DNA from: a virus
Taxonomy: Duplodnaviria; Caudoviricetes
DNA: 35,387 bases
Virus record (IMG/VR): IMGVR_UViG_3300013767_000214
Span: 1 to 35,387 of that record
Strand: one strand, 5' to 3'
Numbering within the stretch: position 1 is the first letter of the stretch; each line of letters opens with the position of its first letter. The position numbers and the translations under genes were made by a program. The notes beneath the pieces are model-generated. The model worked only from the letters and a program-made list of their open reading frames with translations. It did not search any database and had not been told where the DNA came from. Below, one piece after another: positions 32,808 to 35,387 of the stretch.

Positions 32808-35387
32808 ATGAATAAAGCTATCTCCGATCTGTCCTCCCACACCCCGATGATGCAGCAGTACTGGCGCCTCAAGAACCAGCACCCGGATCAGCTGATGTTC
32901 TACCGCATGGGCGACTTCTACGAGATCTTCTACGAAGACGCGAAGAAAGCCGCCAAGCTGCTGGACATCACCCTGACCGCGCGCGGGCAATCGGCCGGCC
33001 AGGCGATTCCGATGTGCGGGATTCCTTACCACGCCGCCGAAGGTTATCTGGCGAAGCTGGTGAAGCTGGGCGAATCGGTGGTGATCTGCGAGCAGGTCGG
33101 CGATCCAGCGACCAGCAAGGGCCCGGTGGAGCGTCAGGTCGTGCGCATCATCACGCCCGGCACCGTCAGTGACGAGGCGCTGCTCGACGAGCGCCGGGAC
33201 AACCTGATCGCGGCGGTGCTGGGCGACGAGCGTCTGTTCGGCCTGGCAGTGCTGGACATCACCAGCGGCAATTTCACCGTGCTGGAGATCAAAGGCTGGG
33301 AGAACCTGCTGGCCGAGCTGGAGCGCATCAATCCGGTGGAGCTGATGATCCCGGATGACTGGCCACAGGGCTTGCCGGCGGAGAAGCGTCGTGGCGTGCG
33401 TCGGCGTGCGCCCTGGGACTTCGAGCGCGACTCGGCGCACAAGAGCCTTTGCCAACAGTTCTCCACCCAGGACCTCAAAGGTTTCGGTTGCGAGAACCTG
33501 ACGCTGGCCATCGGTGCTGCCGGCTGCCTGCTGAGCTACGCCAAGGAAACCCAGCGTACCGCCCTGCCCCATCTGCGCAGCCTGCGTCACGAGCGCCTGG
33601 ACGACACCGTGGTGCTCGATGGCGCGAGTCGCCGCAACCTGGAGTTGGACACCAACCTGGCCGGCGGCCGCGACAATACCCTGCAATCGGTAGTCGACCG
33701 CTGCCAGACCGCCATGGGCAGCCGCTTGCTGACCCGCTGGCTGAACCGTCCGCTGCGCGACTTGCAGGTGCTGCAGGCGCGGCAGACCTCGATAACCTGC
33801 CTGCTGGACGGCTATCGCTTCGAGAAGCTGCAACCGCAGCTCAAGGAAATCGGCGATATCGAGCGGATTCTGGCGCGTATCGGCCTGCGTAATGCCCGTC
33901 CACGGGACCTGGCTCGCCTGCGCGATGCTCTGGCGGCATTGCCTGAGCTGCAAGTGGCGATGACCGAGCTGGAAACCGCTCACCTCAACCAGTTGGCCCT
34001 GACCACCAGTACTTACCCGGAACTGGCGGCCTTGCTGGAAAAGGCGATCATCGATAACCCGCCCGCGGTGATCCGTGACGGCGGCGTGCTGAAAACCGGT
34101 TACGACGCTGAGCTGGACGAGTTGCAATCGCTGAGCGAGAACGCCGGACAGTTCCTGATCGACCTCGAGGCACGGGAAAAGGCCCGCACCGGCCTGGCCA
34201 ACCTCAAGGTCGGCTACAACCGGATTCATGGCTACTTCATCGAGTTGCCGAGCAAGCAGGCCGAGCAGGCACCGGCGGACTACATCCGCCGCCAGACGCT
34301 CAAAGGCGCCGAACGCTTCATCACGCCAGAGCTGAAGGCCTTCGAGGACAAAGCCCTCTCCGCCAAGAGCCGGGCACTGGCGCGCGAGAAGATGCTGTAT
34401 GAAGCCCTGCTGGAGACGTTGATCAGCCATCTGCCGCCGCTGCAGGACACCGCCGCGGCATTGGCCGAACTGGACGTGCTGAGCAACCTGGCCGAGCGCG
34501 CGTTGAACCTCGACCTCAATTGCCCGCGTTTCGTCAGCGAGCCTTGCATGCGCATCACTCAGGGTCGCCACCCGGTGGTCGAGCAAGTACTGACCACGCC
34601 CTTTGTCGCCAACGACCTGAGCCTGGATGACAGCACCCGAATGCTGGTGATCACCGGTCCGAACATGGGCGGTAAATCCACCTATATGCGGCAAACCGCG
34701 CTGATCGTGCTGCTCGCCCATATCGGCAGCTTCGTACCGGCGGCCAGCTGCGAGCTGTCCCTGGTCGACCGGATTTTCACCCGGATCGGCTCCAGCGACG
34801 ACCTGGCCGGCGGACGCTCGACCTTCATGGTCGAGATGAGCGAAACCGCGAACATCCTGCACAACGCCACGGACCGCAGCCTGGTCCTGATGGACGAAGT
34901 CGGCCGCGGTACCAGCACCTTCGACGGCCTGTCCCTGGCCTGGGCTGCGGCAGAACGTCTCGCCCACCTGCGGGCCTATACGCTGTTCGCGACCCACTAC
35001 TTCGAACTGACGGTCCTGCCGGAAAGCGAGCCATTGGTCGCCAACGTTCACCTCAATGCCACCGAGCACAATGAGCGAATTGTGTTCCTGCACCACGTTC
35101 TGCCTGGCCCGGCCAGTCAAAGCTATGGCCTGGCGGTCGCTCAGCTGGCCGGGGTACCCAGTGACGTCATCGTGCGGGCTCGCGAACATTTGAGCCGCCT
35201 GGAAACCACCAGCCTGCCGCACGAAACACCGTCCCCGGCACCGGGTAAAGCTGCGGCGCCGATGCAAAGCGACATGTTCGCCAGCCTGCCGCACCCGGTA
35301 CTCGATGACCTGGCCAAGCTCGACCTGGATGACATGACCCCGCGCAGAGCGCTGGAAATGCTCTATACATTGAAGACACGCATCTAA
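32808..35387 (+). CDS. mutS: DNA mismatch repair protein MutS
   Basis: [17 protein letters not shown], Walker [37 protein letters not shown]. Confidence 0.99.
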   Translation: MNKAISDLSSHTPMMQQYWRLKNQHPDQLMFYRMGDFYEIFYEDAKKAAKLLDITLTARGQSAGQAIPMCGIPYHAAEGYLAKLVKLGESVVICEQVGDPATSKGPVERQVVRIITPGTVSDEALLDERRDNLIAAVLGDERLFGLAVLDITSGNFTVLEIKGWENLLAELERINPVELMIPDDWPQGLPAEKRRGVRRRAPWDFERDSAHKSLCQQFSTQDLKGFGCENLTLAIGAAGCLLSYAKETQRTALPHLRSLRHERLDDTVVLDGASRRNLELDTNLAGGRDNTLQSVVDRCQTAMGSRLLTRWLNRPLRDLQVLQARQTSITCLLDGYRFEKLQPQLKEIGDIERILARIGLRNARPRDLARLRDALAALPELQVAMTELETAHLNQLALTTSTYPELAALLEKAIIDNPPAVIRDGGVLKTGYDAELDELQSLSENAGQFLIDLEAREKARTGLANLKVGYNRIHGYFIELPSKQAEQAPADYIRRQTLKGAERFITPELKAFEDKALSAKSRALAREKMLYEALLETLISHLPPLQDTAAALAELDVLSNLAERALNLDLNCPRFVSEPCMRITQGRHPVVEQVLTTPFVANDLSLDDSTRMLVITGPNMGGKSTYMRQTALIVLLAHIGSFVPAASCELSLVDRIFTRIGSSDDLAGGRSTFMVEMSETANILHNATDRSLVLMDEVGRGTSTFDGLSLAWAAAERLAHLRAYTLFATHYFELTVLPESEPLVANVHLNATEHNERIVFLHHVLPGPASQSYGLAVAQLAGVPSDVIVRAREHLSRLETTSLPHETPSPAPGKAAAPMQSDMFASLPHPVLDDLAKLDLDDMTPRRALEMLYTLKTRI

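Noticed and set aside
32784-35294. 836-aa minus-strand ORF
   Set aside because: Antisense shadow of mutS

Overview
Pseudomonas (P. fluorescens complex, P. chlororaphis-like judging by REP style and locus layout) chromosomal locus next to mutS (+ strand, 32808-35387). Nearly everything else is one minus-strand phage-tail-like bacteriocin (R-tailocin) cluster. It starts with a PrtR/CI-like S24 repressor, a repressor-controlled sigma70 promoter, a ~350-nt structured leader and a holin. Two contractile-tail gene sets of different ancestry follow. Module 1 (30826-19315) has P2-like gene functions and a split fibre. Module 2 (19233-1178) is Mu/SfV-like and ends in a tandem array of FIVE different tail-fibre + chaperone pairs sharing one N-terminal baseplate-anchor domain. 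A shared lysis cassette (GH19 endolysin, Rz, embedded Rz1) closes the cluster. No capsid, portal, terminase, integrase, invertase, or PrtN/Q-type activator gene is visible. Most notable: the five-fibre array carries sequence scars (degenerate gp48 3' ends before three fibres, a 90-bp endolysin 5' remnant after one chaperone) that suggest accretion of whole cassettes; and the leader has a boxA-like motif plus a terminator, with more terminators inside the operon and no antiterminator gene, hinting at RNA/host-Nus antitermination. Products were assigned by motif recognition and gene order only; no database searches were run.
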